This document shows positions 28,594-38,121 of a stretch of 64,000 nt of DNA, piece after piece (positions within the stretch are counted from its first letter, which is position 1; the number at the start of each line of letters is the position of its first letter). The stretch comes from an uncultured Cytophagales bacterium (GTDB taxonomy: Bacteria; Bacteroidota; Bacteroidia; Cytophagales; Cyclobacteriaceae): assembly GCA_913057175.1 (NCBI GenBank), contig CAJXNP010000021.1:18869-82868 (forward strand), read 5' to 3'. The notes beneath the pieces were generated by a model that was not told the origin of the DNA, made no database searches, and saw only the letters and a program-made list of their open reading frames with translations. Position numbers and translations under genes: made by a program.

Positions 28594-31500
28594 CTATTTT
28601 GCTATCTTCTTTGAAGATCTTGGTACGGTAAACTTAAACATACTTCCATTGTTAGGCTCACTTTCTACCTCAATTGAACCGCCGTTTCTTTCAACAAAGT
28701 CCTTGCACAAAACTAAACCGAGGGCAGAGCCTCTTTCTCCATCCGTTCCAAGCCTGGAGTTTTTCTTTTCAATCTTAAACAGATTATTCTTTACAGTATC
28801 ATCCATTCCAATTCCATTATCAGAAATGCTTATTTCCGCATAGTTTTGTTTTTCTTCAACCGAAATGGTGATCTTCCCTTTCTTAGGAGTGAATTTGATG
28901 GCGTTGCTTAAAATATTTCTGATCGATGTATTGATCATATCCCGGTCAATTCTCACAAGTACCTCCCTTTTTCGGATTAACTCAATACATATCTCTTTTT
29001 CCTCAGCATTGTTTTCCAATAGTTTGATCGATTCACAAATCAGCTCAAAAATATCGATATCTACCGGTTGATAAATGATCTGATTGGTTTGCGACCTTGC
29101 CCAGTTGAGGAGGTTATCCAACAAGCTGTAAACAACTTTTGTTGACTGGTTGATGTAGGTTGCCATTTTGGATTTCTCCTCATCGCTTAATGATTCAAAC
29201 TTGTTACTGAATAAATCCGATAAGCTCAAAATACCATGAAATGGGTTCCGAAGATCATGTGCCACAATGGAAAACAGCTTGTCCTTCGTCACGTTCAACC
29301 GCTCCAATTCTTCATTTTTTACTTTCAGGTCATCTGTCTGATACTGTAATTTGACGGCTTGCTCCTCAACCTGCTGTTGGCGTTCCTCTAACAGCGTATT
29401 TATTTCGTTAAGGTCCTTTGATTGCTGCTTGAGAATAACATTCTTTTCATTAAGTGATTTGGTCCTCTCATCGACCATCTTGGTCAAAGCCAGCTTTTGA
29501 TTTCTCAGCTGATTGATCCGTATAAAATAAAAGGAAACCAACACAGCAGTTGAACCAAATATAGCCAACAGCTTAAACCACCATGTCATCCACCATGGAG
29601 GTTTGATGATAATGCTGACAGAAGCCCCCATATCATTCCAAACCCGATCATTATTGGATGCCTGAACACGGAAAACATATTTGCCCGGATCCAGATTGGT
29701 GTAGGTTGCTTCTCTCTTTGGCCCAACATCATTCCAATCTTTATCAAAGCCTTCCATCTTATATTTATAAAGTGTCTTTTCAGGATTGATTAGATTAGAA
29801 GCAAAGTATTCGAATCCGATCACATTCTGACTGTATTCAAGAGTAATCTCATCTTCAAAAATGACATTCTTATCCAATATGGAATTTTTAGTGTAATCAA
29901 TTATTTCCTCATTAAATAGCTTGAATTTGGAAATATAAACAGGAGGAATTGTTGTATTGTAGAAGAGATCTTCCGGATTAAACTTATCTGCTCCACTTAT
30001 TCCTCCGAAAAAAATTGTGTTTTCAGTATTTTTATATGTTGCCCTGGGATTGTATTCACCAACCTGCAACCCATCTGATCGATCAAAATTGAAAATTTGG
30101 TATGTATCTGGATTGAACATTACCAATCCATCATGGGTACTCAACCAAAGACCTCCATTCGCATCTTCCTGAATAGAGCAAATAAAGGAATTTTTAAATC
30201 CTTTCTTATACCGAACAAAAGAATCTGAAGATCCAACATAAAGATTGAGCCCATCGGAAGTTCCCGCCCAGATCCTGCCCTTCGAATCCTCGAAAAGACA
30301 GTTAATTTCATTGTTGCTAATGGATGTGCTATCCTTTACATCATAGAAATAATTGACAAAATAATCCTCACCACGTGACAATTTATTTAAACCCCAGGAT
30401 GTTGCTACCCAAACATTCTCACCCTGATCCTGTAGAACCTGGTAGGTCCAGTTTCCTGAAAGATTACTGTTGTCTTCGTTGTAATTCCGAAAAGTATTTC
30501 CTTCCATGGTAAATTTATCAATCCCTTTGCCATGCACAACCAGCCAAAGATTCCCATCGGAATCCTCGTGGATATACCTGACATCATTGCCCGAAATAGA
30601 ATTTGGATCATTGGGAATATGCCTGTATGATATAAAATTGCTGTCAGCAACATTAAAATACTGTAAACTACCTAAATTGGAACCTAACCAAACTGTCCCT
30701 TCACTATCCGTAAAAATGTGAAAAATCGTTCCTTTCCCAATTCCATTTTTATTTTTAGAATTGTATTTAAACGTTCTTACACCTCCTTTATTCCAATCAA
30801 AAATATCAATACCATTGTGATGGTTGCCAAACCACCAATTACCAGCGGCATCAGAACCAATGGCCGTAATATTATCAACAGTCGTTCTCCAATATGACTG
30901 AGGAGCGGTATTGATTGTCTCGAAACCACGGGGTTTGAGGCGAAATGTCAATCCTCCCGGTGAATGCAATGTCCAGTAATTGCCTTGTTTATCCTGAAAT
31001 ATGTTTATAGGATTTTCCTTTATGGAATACAAACCTTGTCCGGGATAATATCCATGGAAAAAATCGGAGCCCTCATCATACAATGTGATCCCGGAAAAAT
31101 CACAGGTCCAGAGACGATCCTCCTGATCTACAAAAAGATCTACAGCATACATATCATAGTTGCCTTTGGAAGGATATCTCTTGAAAGTATAATCCAGTAA
31201 ATTCATTGAATTGATCCCTCCACCGGAGGTTGCAATCCAAAGTTTATCATGATAAAATGTGATGTCAGTCACATCATTATTTGACAAGCTTTTCGGGTCG
31301 AAAGGATCATTTTTGAAATTCCGGAGGCTTTTCTCCTTTCTATCAAAATAAGTCAATCCCCCGCCCTGAACCCCGGAAATCCAAATATTATTATGTTCGT
31401 CAAATATGAATCTGGAAATTTCCCCGCTTCCAATTTCCATGATCTTTTGAAAAGTTTGAGTAGATGGATCAAATTGATACAAAAATCTTTCCGTAGAAAC

Positions 31501-31950
31501 ATAAATAACTGAATCCCTGTCCTGATTTATCGATGTGATGTAGGGACTGATGAGGCCCTTGAAATCCCTGTGATCTAAAACAATATCAAAATTGTCAAAC
31601 AAACCGTTGTAGGTACACAAGCCGGTATTTGTCGCTATCCAAAGCTTGCCTGACTTATCAATAAACAAATCAAGTATATGATTATTGACCAGACTCTGAC
31701 TATCGAGCGGATCGTGTTTATATTTGTTTATGTCATACCCATTGTAGGAATTTAATCCTTCCTGTGTGCCAATCCAGATCACCCCTAAACTATCCTGGGC
31801 AATTGAGGTGGTAAATGTGTTTGTCAGGGATTGCTCTTTAAAAGGATCTACAAATTTCATGTCCAACCTCTGACCATATCCGGAAAACTGATGGACAGTT
31901 AAGGCCACAAAAAAAAGCACTGTCTTAAATGAAGTAAAACAATTATTCAC
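28594..31950 (-). CDS. sensor histidine kinase with periplasmic two-component-regulator-propeller (Reg_prop) repeats and Y_Y_Y domain
   Basis: 1118 aa with a GTG start at 31950. It has many W/G-rich beta-propeller repeats (LWIATNTGL, VWLGSNLGSL, IWAGTSDGLNLY) and one TM helix (WWFKLLAIFGSTAVLVSFYFI). A coiled coil follows, then the H-box FSIVAHDLRNPF, G1 ISDNGIGM and G2 GSALGLVLCKDF. No receiver or AraC module is fused. Confidence 0.9.
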   Translation of the reverse strand: MNNCFTSFKTVLFFVALTVHQFSGYGQRLDMKFVDPFKEQSLTNTFTTSIAQDSLGVIWIGTQEGLNSYNGYDINKYKHDPLDSQSLVNNHILDLFIDKSGKLWIATNTGLCTYNGLFDNFDIVLDHRDFKGLISPYITSINQDRDSVIYVSTERFLYQFDPSTQTFQKIMEIGSGEISRFIFDEHNNIWISGVQGGGLTYFDRKEKSLRNFKNDPFDPKSLSNNDVTDITFYHDKLWIATSGGGINSMNLLDYTFKRYPSKGNYDMYAVDLFVDQEDRLWTCDFSGITLYDEGSDFFHGYYPGQGLYSIKENPINIFQDKQGNYWTLHSPGGLTFRLKPRGFETINTAPQSYWRTTVDNITAIGSDAAGNWWFGNHHNGIDIFDWNKGGVRTFKYNSKNKNGIGKGTIFHIFTDSEGTVWLGSNLGSLQYFNVADSNFISYRHIPNDPNSISGNDVRYIHEDSDGNLWLVVHGKGIDKFTMEGNTFRNYNEDNSNLSGNWTYQVLQDQGENVWVATSWGLNKLSRGEDYFVNYFYDVKDSTSISNNEINCLFEDSKGRIWAGTSDGLNLYVGSSDSFVRYKKGFKNSFICSIQEDANGGLWLSTHDGLVMFNPDTYQIFNFDRSDGLQVGEYNPRATYKNTENTIFFGGISGADKFNPEDLFYNTTIPPVYISKFKLFNEEIIDYTKNSILDKNVIFEDEITLEYSQNVIGFEYFASNLINPEKTLYKYKMEGFDKDWNDVGPKREATYTNLDPGKYVFRVQASNNDRVWNDMGASVSIIIKPPWWMTWWFKLLAIFGSTAVLVSFYFIRINQLRNQKLALTKMVDERTKSLNEKNVILKQQSKDLNEINTLLEERQQQVEEQAVKLQYQTDDLKVKNEELERLNVTKDKLFSIVAHDLRNPFHGILSLSDLFSNKFESLSDEEKSKMATYINQSTKVVYSLLDNLLNWARSQTNQIIYQPVDIDIFELICESIKLLENNAEEKEICIELIRKREVLVRIDRDMINTSIRNILSNAIKFTPKKGKITISVEEKQNYAEISISDNGIGMDDTVKNNLFKIEKKNSRLGTDGERGSALGLVLCKDFVERNGGSIEVESEPNNGSMFKFTVPRSSKKIAK

Positions 31951-32594
31951 CCGACTTTATTAGAAATAACAATAAAAAATTACCTCAAAACTGTCTGCCA
32001 TTTAATTTATCTATCTGAATTCGAGTAATTATTAAAAAAATCGAAATTGGAAATCAACTTATTAATTTCGGTTTTTGAATTCAGATCCCCGTTTCTTCTC
32101 ACGATATCCTGGAATAATAAAAAGGACATCTCAGCCTCAAATATGAAAAAAAACAGTACTACAAAGAAATAGCTAAAACCAATGAAATAGTACTTGAAAA
32201 GTGTTTTGAGGGTTTTTTGTTAATATATGATTTTGAACAAAAAGATATTGTAAAACGAAACCTGAATAAAAACAAACAGCCAAATAAAAAATTTCAAAGT
32301 ACTAATGGTCGTTATCAACATCAAAATAACAAACATAATACCGTACACCAAACAGGCAAATGAATATAGATGCAGGATATGAAGATATGCTGGATATACA
32401 GATAATCTTTCCTTCTTTAGATGAATGCCTGGAAAAAATTTTTATATATTTTGATCAAAAATGATTTTACTCATTAGCAAAATCAAAATATCTTGACATT
32501 TTTGGAAGAAAAACAAAAATAATCCATCGATCATATAGTATTTATTTCATTATTGAAAGTATAAAATTTAGGGATAAAAAATTTCAAAGCTCAA

Positions 32595-33827
32595 ATGAAT
32601 CATTCAAGGAGAAAATTTATTTTAAATTCGGGAAAGGCGCTGACTTTAACCAGCCTGGTAAGCACAGCTACATTAGGACGGGAATTATTCCAAAAATTTG
32701 GGCCAAACGATACGGTGAACATTGGTGTGATTGGTACAGGTGGAAGAGGAAGCTGGCTGATCAAACTGATCAGCGACCTCGAAGGAATCAATGTCACTGC
32801 CTGCTGCGACATCCTTCCATTTCGATTGGAAAAGGGCTTGGCACTAGCAAGTCCGGGAGCAAAAGGTTATACCGAATACCAAAAACTACTCGAAAACAAG
32901 GATTTGGATGCAGTCATCGTTTCTACTCCCCTTTCGCTTCATTATGAAATTGCAGACGCTGCATTGAAAGCCGGAAAACATGTCTATTGCGAAAAAACAA
33001 TGGTTTTCACAATAGAACAGGTCAAGGCTTTAGAAAAGACTTATAAAAATTCGGGACGGTTATTCCAGGTAGGTTATCAGCATCGGTACAATTTACTTTA
33101 TCAGTGGGTGAAAGATTTTGTGAACAGCGAGAAGTTTGGAAAGCTTTCGCACATCGAAAATTACTGGAACCGTAACTCTGATTGGAGACGTAGTGTACCA
33201 AGTCCGGAATTGGAACGAATGATCAACTGGAGACTTTACCGTGAATATTCCGGAGGATTAATGGCCGAACTTTCTTCCCATCAACTTGATATCATTGACT
33301 GGATCGTGGAAGACCATCCTGTAAAAGTAACAGGCTTTGGAGGCATTGACTACTGGAAAGATGGTCGTGAGACATTTGATAATATCCACACAATCTTTGA
33401 GTTTGAAAATGGCTTGAAAGCAAATTTCAGCTGTTTGACCTCTAATGCACAAATGGGATATCAAATGAAATTTTACGGAAGTAAAGCAACCATTCAAGTC
33501 AAAGGAGCACAAAGCCATCGCGCTTACCTGTACCTTGAACCTGAGGCGTTGGATGACCAGGAAATTTCAAATGGTCTGGATGCAGTCTCCGGCGCAACAA
33601 AAAAAGTACTCCAATCCGGAGAACCCGTGGAAATCAAACTGGATGATGAGGGATATAAAAATGATATGCCAACCAGTAAAGCCCTTGCAAGTTTTGCCGA
33701 TTGCATCCGCAATAATAAGGAACCACTGGTTAGTTTTGAATATGGAAAACAGGGCTCGATTGAAGTGGTCATGGCTAATAAAGCTATGAGGAACGGCACC
33801 GTTGAACATTGGGACGAAAATGCCTGA
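32595..33827 (+). CDS. Gfo/Idh/MocA family oxidoreductase with Tat-like signal
   Basis: 410 aa. N-terminal SRRKFILNSGKALTL (twin-arginine-like). Rossmann loop NIGVIGTGGRGS. Conserved EKTM. Confidence 0.8.
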   Translation: MNHSRRKFILNSGKALTLTSLVSTATLGRELFQKFGPNDTVNIGVIGTGGRGSWLIKLISDLEGINVTACCDILPFRLEKGLALASPGAKGYTEYQKLLENKDLDAVIVSTPLSLHYEIADAALKAGKHVYCEKTMVFTIEQVKALEKTYKNSGRLFQVGYQHRYNLLYQWVKDFVNSEKFGKLSHIENYWNRNSDWRRSVPSPELERMINWRLYREYSGGLMAELSSHQLDIIDWIVEDHPVKVTGFGGIDYWKDGRETFDNIHTIFEFENGLKANFSCLTSNAQMGYQMKFYGSKATIQVKGAQSHRAYLYLEPEALDDQEISNGLDAVSGATKKVLQSGEPVEIKLDDEGYKNDMPTSKALASFADCIRNNKEPLVSFEYGKQGSIEVVMANKAMRNGTVEHWDENA

Positions 33828-33987
33828 TTTGTTAGTGGCTTCACCAATCTTACAATATAAAGAAATCAAAAACGATAGGTAATCCCTTACAATTATCTAT
33901 TTTTGCAATCTTAAAATGGTAAACACACTTATTTTTTAAGATGGTCGTTTTTATCCGGTTTAGAGCAATGAAAATAAAATTGTTTTG

Positions 33988-34857
33988 ATGCGAAGATTGT
34001 TGATTCAGGGAATTGTGGCTGTATGGCTGTTGGTATTATCCATTCAATTCAGTTTTAGTCAGGACAGCTCAATGTTTATCGGGAGGATGTGGTATTTGCA
34101 GGGAACAGATGAGTTTTATACAACCATCAGCTTTAAGCCGGAACTCAATGACTCCACCTCCAGGTCCGAATTAATCCCTCAACTTGATAGCGTTATTACA
34201 AAAGAATATTACCTGACCAGAAGAGGCCTTTCCAAAGAGCTGGCAGAAAAATATTTCAATCTCCAAAATTACCAGCAAGTTGTGGTTTTTAACCAATCAC
34301 ATGACAAGGTAACAACGTGCAGACTCCATCATGTGGAATATTATGAAGACATGATTGACGGAATGTTTATCGCCGTTTTTGATCACGAAGAAATGGATGA
34401 TGAGTCAAAAAGTGAACTCGTCTTTTATGGAACAAGCGCTCAACTTAGTCCAAAACTCGTTGATAAGTTTAAACATGAAGAATTAACCAAGAATCAACTA
34501 GATAAAAACATCATTAACTTTCTGCAATACAACAAGGATGACCTAATGAAATCCAAACACCTGGAGATCAAAAAAGGCAACCTGAAAAAAGTATCTATCC
34601 TATCCATTGAAGACCTGGAAAATTTCACCTATCAATCTTATATGCTTGAACATAATGGCAACCGAGTAAGTATTTTGAAACAGTTGAAAGGTGATTATGT
34701 GTTCTGGGACCTGCTGCCCGTCCCCTATCTTATCCATGACAAACCGGTGTTTATTGTAGAGATCATCATACCTGATTCTGATTATACCGGCTACATGCTT
34801 GCCATTTACAATGGAGCTGAATATGAATTACAAAACAGGATGGAAATAAGTATTTGA
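33988..34857 (+). CDS. hypothetical secreted protein
   Basis: ATG at 33988, one codon after the TTG of the ORF track. N-terminal hydrophobic signal (LLIQGIVAVWLLVLSIQFSFSQ). No recognised motif. Confidence 0.55.
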   Translation: MRRLLIQGIVAVWLLVLSIQFSFSQDSSMFIGRMWYLQGTDEFYTTISFKPELNDSTSRSELIPQLDSVITKEYYLTRRGLSKELAEKYFNLQNYQQVVVFNQSHDKVTTCRLHHVEYYEDMIDGMFIAVFDHEEMDDESKSELVFYGTSAQLSPKLVDKFKHEELTKNQLDKNIINFLQYNKDDLMKSKHLEIKKGNLKKVSILSIEDLENFTYQSYMLEHNGNRVSILKQLKGDYVFWDLLPVPYLIHDKPVFIVEIIIPDSDYTGYMLAIYNGAEYELQNRMEISI

Positions 34858-34876
34858 ATACTATTTTCAAGTTAAT

Positions 34877-34891
34877 TATTTGTATGTACAA
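34877..34891. promoter_or_regulatory. candidate MarR operator, copy 1 (TATTTGTATGTACAA)
   Basis: 15-nt sequence containing the inverted repeat TTGTA-TG-TACAA, 25 nt upstream of the marR-family ATG. An identical 15-mer recurs at 35370-35384. Confidence 0.45.
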
Positions 34892-34915
34892 ACATATTAA
34901 TTAAATTGATCGTAT

Positions 34916-35347
34916 ATGCCTGAAAGTGAAAACCCATATTGTCAATGCTTGTATTACTCGGCAAATGCCTTAAGCAGGCTCATCACAAAAATGGCAGAAG
35001 AGGAATTTGCCACTACGGGATTGACCCCGAGCTATGCGTTTATCATGATGAGCCTGAATAAACATGAAGGTCTTTCACCAGGGGAACTGGCTAATATTAT
35101 GATGCTCACGCCATCCACTATCACCAGATTGGTAGAAAAGTTGGAAGTAAAGGGCTTGGCAAAAAGAACATTTAAAGGTCGAAACACAATTATTCAATCA
35201 ACTACAAAAGGAAAAGAGTTGAATGATATAATCCTGAAAGCCTGGAATAATTTATTTAAAAGATATTCAGAAGTGCTAGGTGAAAACGAAGCTTCCAGGT
35301 TGACTTCAGCTTTATACGCATCAGCTGAAAAGTTGAACAAAAGTTAA
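34916..35347 (+). CDS. MarR family transcriptional regulator
   Basis: 143 aa with winged-helix layout (LTPSYAFIMMSLNKHEGLSPGELANIMMLTPSTITRLVEKLEVKGLAKR). Confidence 0.85.
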   Translation: MPESENPYCQCLYYSANALSRLITKMAEEEFATTGLTPSYAFIMMSLNKHEGLSPGELANIMMLTPSTITRLVEKLEVKGLAKRTFKGRNTIIQSTTKGKELNDIILKAWNNLFKRYSEVLGENEASRLTSALYASAEKLNKS

Positions 35348-35369
35348 CATGTATAAAAAACAAAACGAA

Positions 35370-35384
35370 TATTTGTATGTACAA
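35370..35384. promoter_or_regulatory. candidate MarR operator, copy 2 (TATTTGTATGTACAA)
   Basis: Identical 15-mer to 34877-34891, 16 nt upstream of the ATG at 35400. Confidence 0.45.
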
Positions 35385-35399
35385 CCAAAATAAATCATT

Positions 35400-36050
35400 A
35401 TGAAAGACAAAATTGGAATAATTGGCTCAGGTATTGTGGGAAAAGTACTCGCTGGTGGCTTTTTGAAACATGGATATGATACCATGATAAGTGCCAGATC
35501 ACCTGAAAAATTAAACCCTCTAAAAGAAGAATTAGGAAACAATTTACAAACAGGTAATTTTAATGAGGCATCTGAATTTGCAGATATTATCGTTCTTGCC
35601 GTAGGTGGCGGGGTAGCTAAAAGTGCTCTCAACCTGGTCGATGAAGCAAACTTGAAAAATAAGATAATCATTGATGCCACAAACCCGATTTCAGATGCCC
35701 CACCCGTAAACGGTGTCCTTCAGTTCTTCACCGGTCCGAACGAATCACTTATGGAAAGACTTCAGGGTGAATTTCCTGATGCAAAATTTGTGAAGGCCTT
35801 TAGCAGCATAGGAAATGCTTTCATGGTCAACCCTCAGTTTCCTGAAGGTAAACCAACTATGTTCATTGCAGGAAACGATGAAAACGCAAAGAAAAAGGTA
35901 AGTGAAATCCTCGATCTATTTGGACATGATGTAGCTGATATGGGAAAAGCCGAAGCTGCCAGGGCGATCGAACCACTTTGTATTTTGTGGTGTATTCCAG
36001 GATTCAGAGAAAATACCTGGAACCATGCTTTTAAGCTGATCAGACAGTGA
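35400..36050 (+). CDS. NADP oxidoreductase, coenzyme F420-dependent-type / ProC-like Rossmann protein
   Basis: 216 aa. N-terminal IGIIGSGIVGKVLAGGF dinucleotide loop. Size and layout match NADPH-dependent F420 reductase-like proteins. Confidence 0.65.
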   Translation: MKDKIGIIGSGIVGKVLAGGFLKHGYDTMISARSPEKLNPLKEELGNNLQTGNFNEASEFADIIVLAVGGGVAKSALNLVDEANLKNKIIIDATNPISDAPPVNGVLQFFTGPNESLMERLQGEFPDAKFVKAFSSIGNAFMVNPQFPEGKPTMFIAGNDENAKKKVSEILDLFGHDVADMGKAEAARAIEPLCILWCIPGFRENTWNHAFKLIRQ

Positions 36051-36074
36051 AAATAGTTACAGATCATCTATAGA

Positions 36075-36101
36075 GGCTATCCTTTTGTCGTGGGGATAGC
36101 C
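36075..36101 (+). terminator. possible terminator hairpin
   Basis: GGCTATCC-11 nt-GGATAGCC forms an 8-bp stem after the stop at 36050. The downstream T tract is weak. Confidence 0.35.
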
Positions 36102-36251
36102 ATCATTATCTAAAAGGATTAATTAGCTGGTTTTTCTCCTTATCTATATCTACTACCTTTATCAGGTAAGTTTTCATTAAAATATACCTGACATTGGTTG
36201 TCATTTTTGATATATTTGTTTTTGATTTTTTTATTCCGACTTTATTTTTTC

Positions 36252-38108
36252 ATGAATTATAGAAATGGAATTATTTTTTTAGGCATTGTCTTAATTTCTC
36301 AAATTGGCATTGCTAGAAATCCCGGCGCTGAGCTTATCGAAAGAATATCGGATTATTCAATCATCAATCAAAAACTGGTATTAGAAGAAAAATACACCAT
36401 TCAAATAAATGACCGGTCGGGAGAAAAATATGCATCTGTCAATATTCACTTTTCGAAGCAAACGCCACTCAAAAACTTTAATATTGCTCTGACAGACCGA
36501 CACGGCAATGGTATCAGGAAAATTAAGAAGGATGAAATCATCGATGTTAGTGCCTATTCATCAGGTTCATTTTATGAGGATGAATTTTATCGAACTATTG
36601 ACCTGAAACACAATGAATACCCCTATCGGGTGTCCTATTCCTACCGCAAAGAATATGATGAATATTTCACCATAGCCTATTGGTATCCCTTTTATGATAC
36701 CGAAGTCCCTATTCACCATGCGGAAATTAACTTTACAGCGCCAAATGACTTCCTATTCAGAAACAGGCAATTAAATATTCCGGAACCGGAAATGAAAGTT
36801 GTTGAGAATACAACTCATCTTCGTTGGGAAGTAAAAGATTACATTCCTATGAAATCAGAACTGTACTCCCCTCCCATTGAGCAGTTCATTCCGAGGGTTC
36901 AAATCGTACCAATAAATTTTAGTTACGGGGTTGATGGCAGTTTTGAGAGTTGGAAATCTTTTGGTGACTGGATTTATTATCTGAATGAAGGTTTGGATAA
37001 ACTTCCACCACAGGATATTCAAAAGATCCAGTCGCTGGTCAAAAATTGCCCGGATGAAAGAGCGAAAGTTAAGAAACTGTATCAATATCTCCAGGAGAAC
37101 ATGCGATACGTCAGCATACAACTGGGAATTGGTGGATTACAATCCTATCCGGCAGAATATGTATCGCGAAACAAATATGGCGATTGTAAAGCGCTTACTA
37201 CCTACATGAAAGGAGCTTTAAAAGAGATTGGAGTCTCGTCTTACTACGCAATGATCGATTCAGATGAACACATTCCGGTTGTTGAAGAAGATTTCCCCAT
37301 TCAACAATTCAATCACGTCATCTTATACGTTCCATTGGACGGGGAAGATATCTGGCTGGAATGCACCAGCAACAATGATCCTTTTGGTTTTCTGGGAAAG
37401 CATACTCAAAACAGGAAGGCTTTAATTGTTGAAGAAGGAAAAAGCAGGCTACTCCAAACCCCTAAACCCAATCTCTCTGATTATTATAATATCGGAACAC
37501 ATCAATTAACCATACGCGAGGATCATACTTGTGATATTCATTCCGGATTCTCTCTTAGAAACACTCCACAGTTCGAATTTTTCAGCTATTTATATCACAA
37601 TTCATCAGCCCAGGACCAAAACAAGTATATCAGCTATCTGAATTCATTCCCAAATGCCCAGATAAATAAAAAAAAGATTGAGAGAAATCTGAGCGATCAG
37701 GATGAAATAAAAGTATTCACAGAAGCTATGACTACCCAAGCACTAAAACAATATGGAAATGATGTATTAATGGATTTTCCAAAAATTGACCTTCCTTCTT
37801 TCGAATTACCCGACAAAAGAAGACTCCCAGTACAAATCGATTTTCCTATCCATAAAATCGACACCGTTAGCATCAAATTTCCTGATGATGTAACTGCTAT
37901 TCAAAATCCGGAAAATCTAACTATTCATTCAGAATTTGGGGAATATGCGTTCACCGTATATGAGAAATCAAACGAAAATGAATTTCAATATATCCGGTCA
38001 TTCAAACTTTTTGCAGGAGCTTATTCATTATCAACATACAGTGAATTTTACTCATTTATTTCATCCATTAAATCAATAGAAAACAGAAAGATCATTTTTT
38101 CATACTAA
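36252..38108 (+). CDS. DUF3857-type protein with transglutaminase-like cysteine-protease core
   Basis: ORF opens on TTG at 36198; ATG at 36252 (MNYRNGIIFLGIVLISQ). Transglutaminase-core Cys context YGDCKALTTYMKGAL and downstream FNHVILYV. Confidence 0.7.
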   Translation: MNYRNGIIFLGIVLISQIGIARNPGAELIERISDYSIINQKLVLEEKYTIQINDRSGEKYASVNIHFSKQTPLKNFNIALTDRHGNGIRKIKKDEIIDVSAYSSGSFYEDEFYRTIDLKHNEYPYRVSYSYRKEYDEYFTIAYWYPFYDTEVPIHHAEINFTAPNDFLFRNRQLNIPEPEMKVVENTTHLRWEVKDYIPMKSELYSPPIEQFIPRVQIVPINFSYGVDGSFESWKSFGDWIYYLNEGLDKLPPQDIQKIQSLVKNCPDERAKVKKLYQYLQENMRYVSIQLGIGGLQSYPAEYVSRNKYGDCKALTTYMKGALKEIGVSSYYAMIDSDEHIPVVEEDFPIQQFNHVILYVPLDGEDIWLECTSNNDPFGFLGKHTQNRKALIVEEGKSRLLQTPKPNLSDYYNIGTHQLTIREDHTCDIHSGFSLRNTPQFEFFSYLYHNSSAQDQNKYISYLNSFPNAQINKKKIERNLSDQDEIKVFTEAMTTQALKQYGNDVLMDFPKIDLPSFELPDKRRLPVQIDFPIHKIDTVSIKFPDDVTAIQNPENLTIHSEFGEYAFTVYEKSNENEFQYIRSFKLFAGAYSLSTYSEFYSFISSIKSIENRKIIFSY

Positions 38109-38121
38109 TTCATCAAATGCA

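Noticed and set aside
35321-35680. 119-aa minus-strand ORF overlapping the end of the marR-family gene and the start of the oxidoreductase gene
   Set aside because: It is antisense to two well-supported genes and has no recognisable features.
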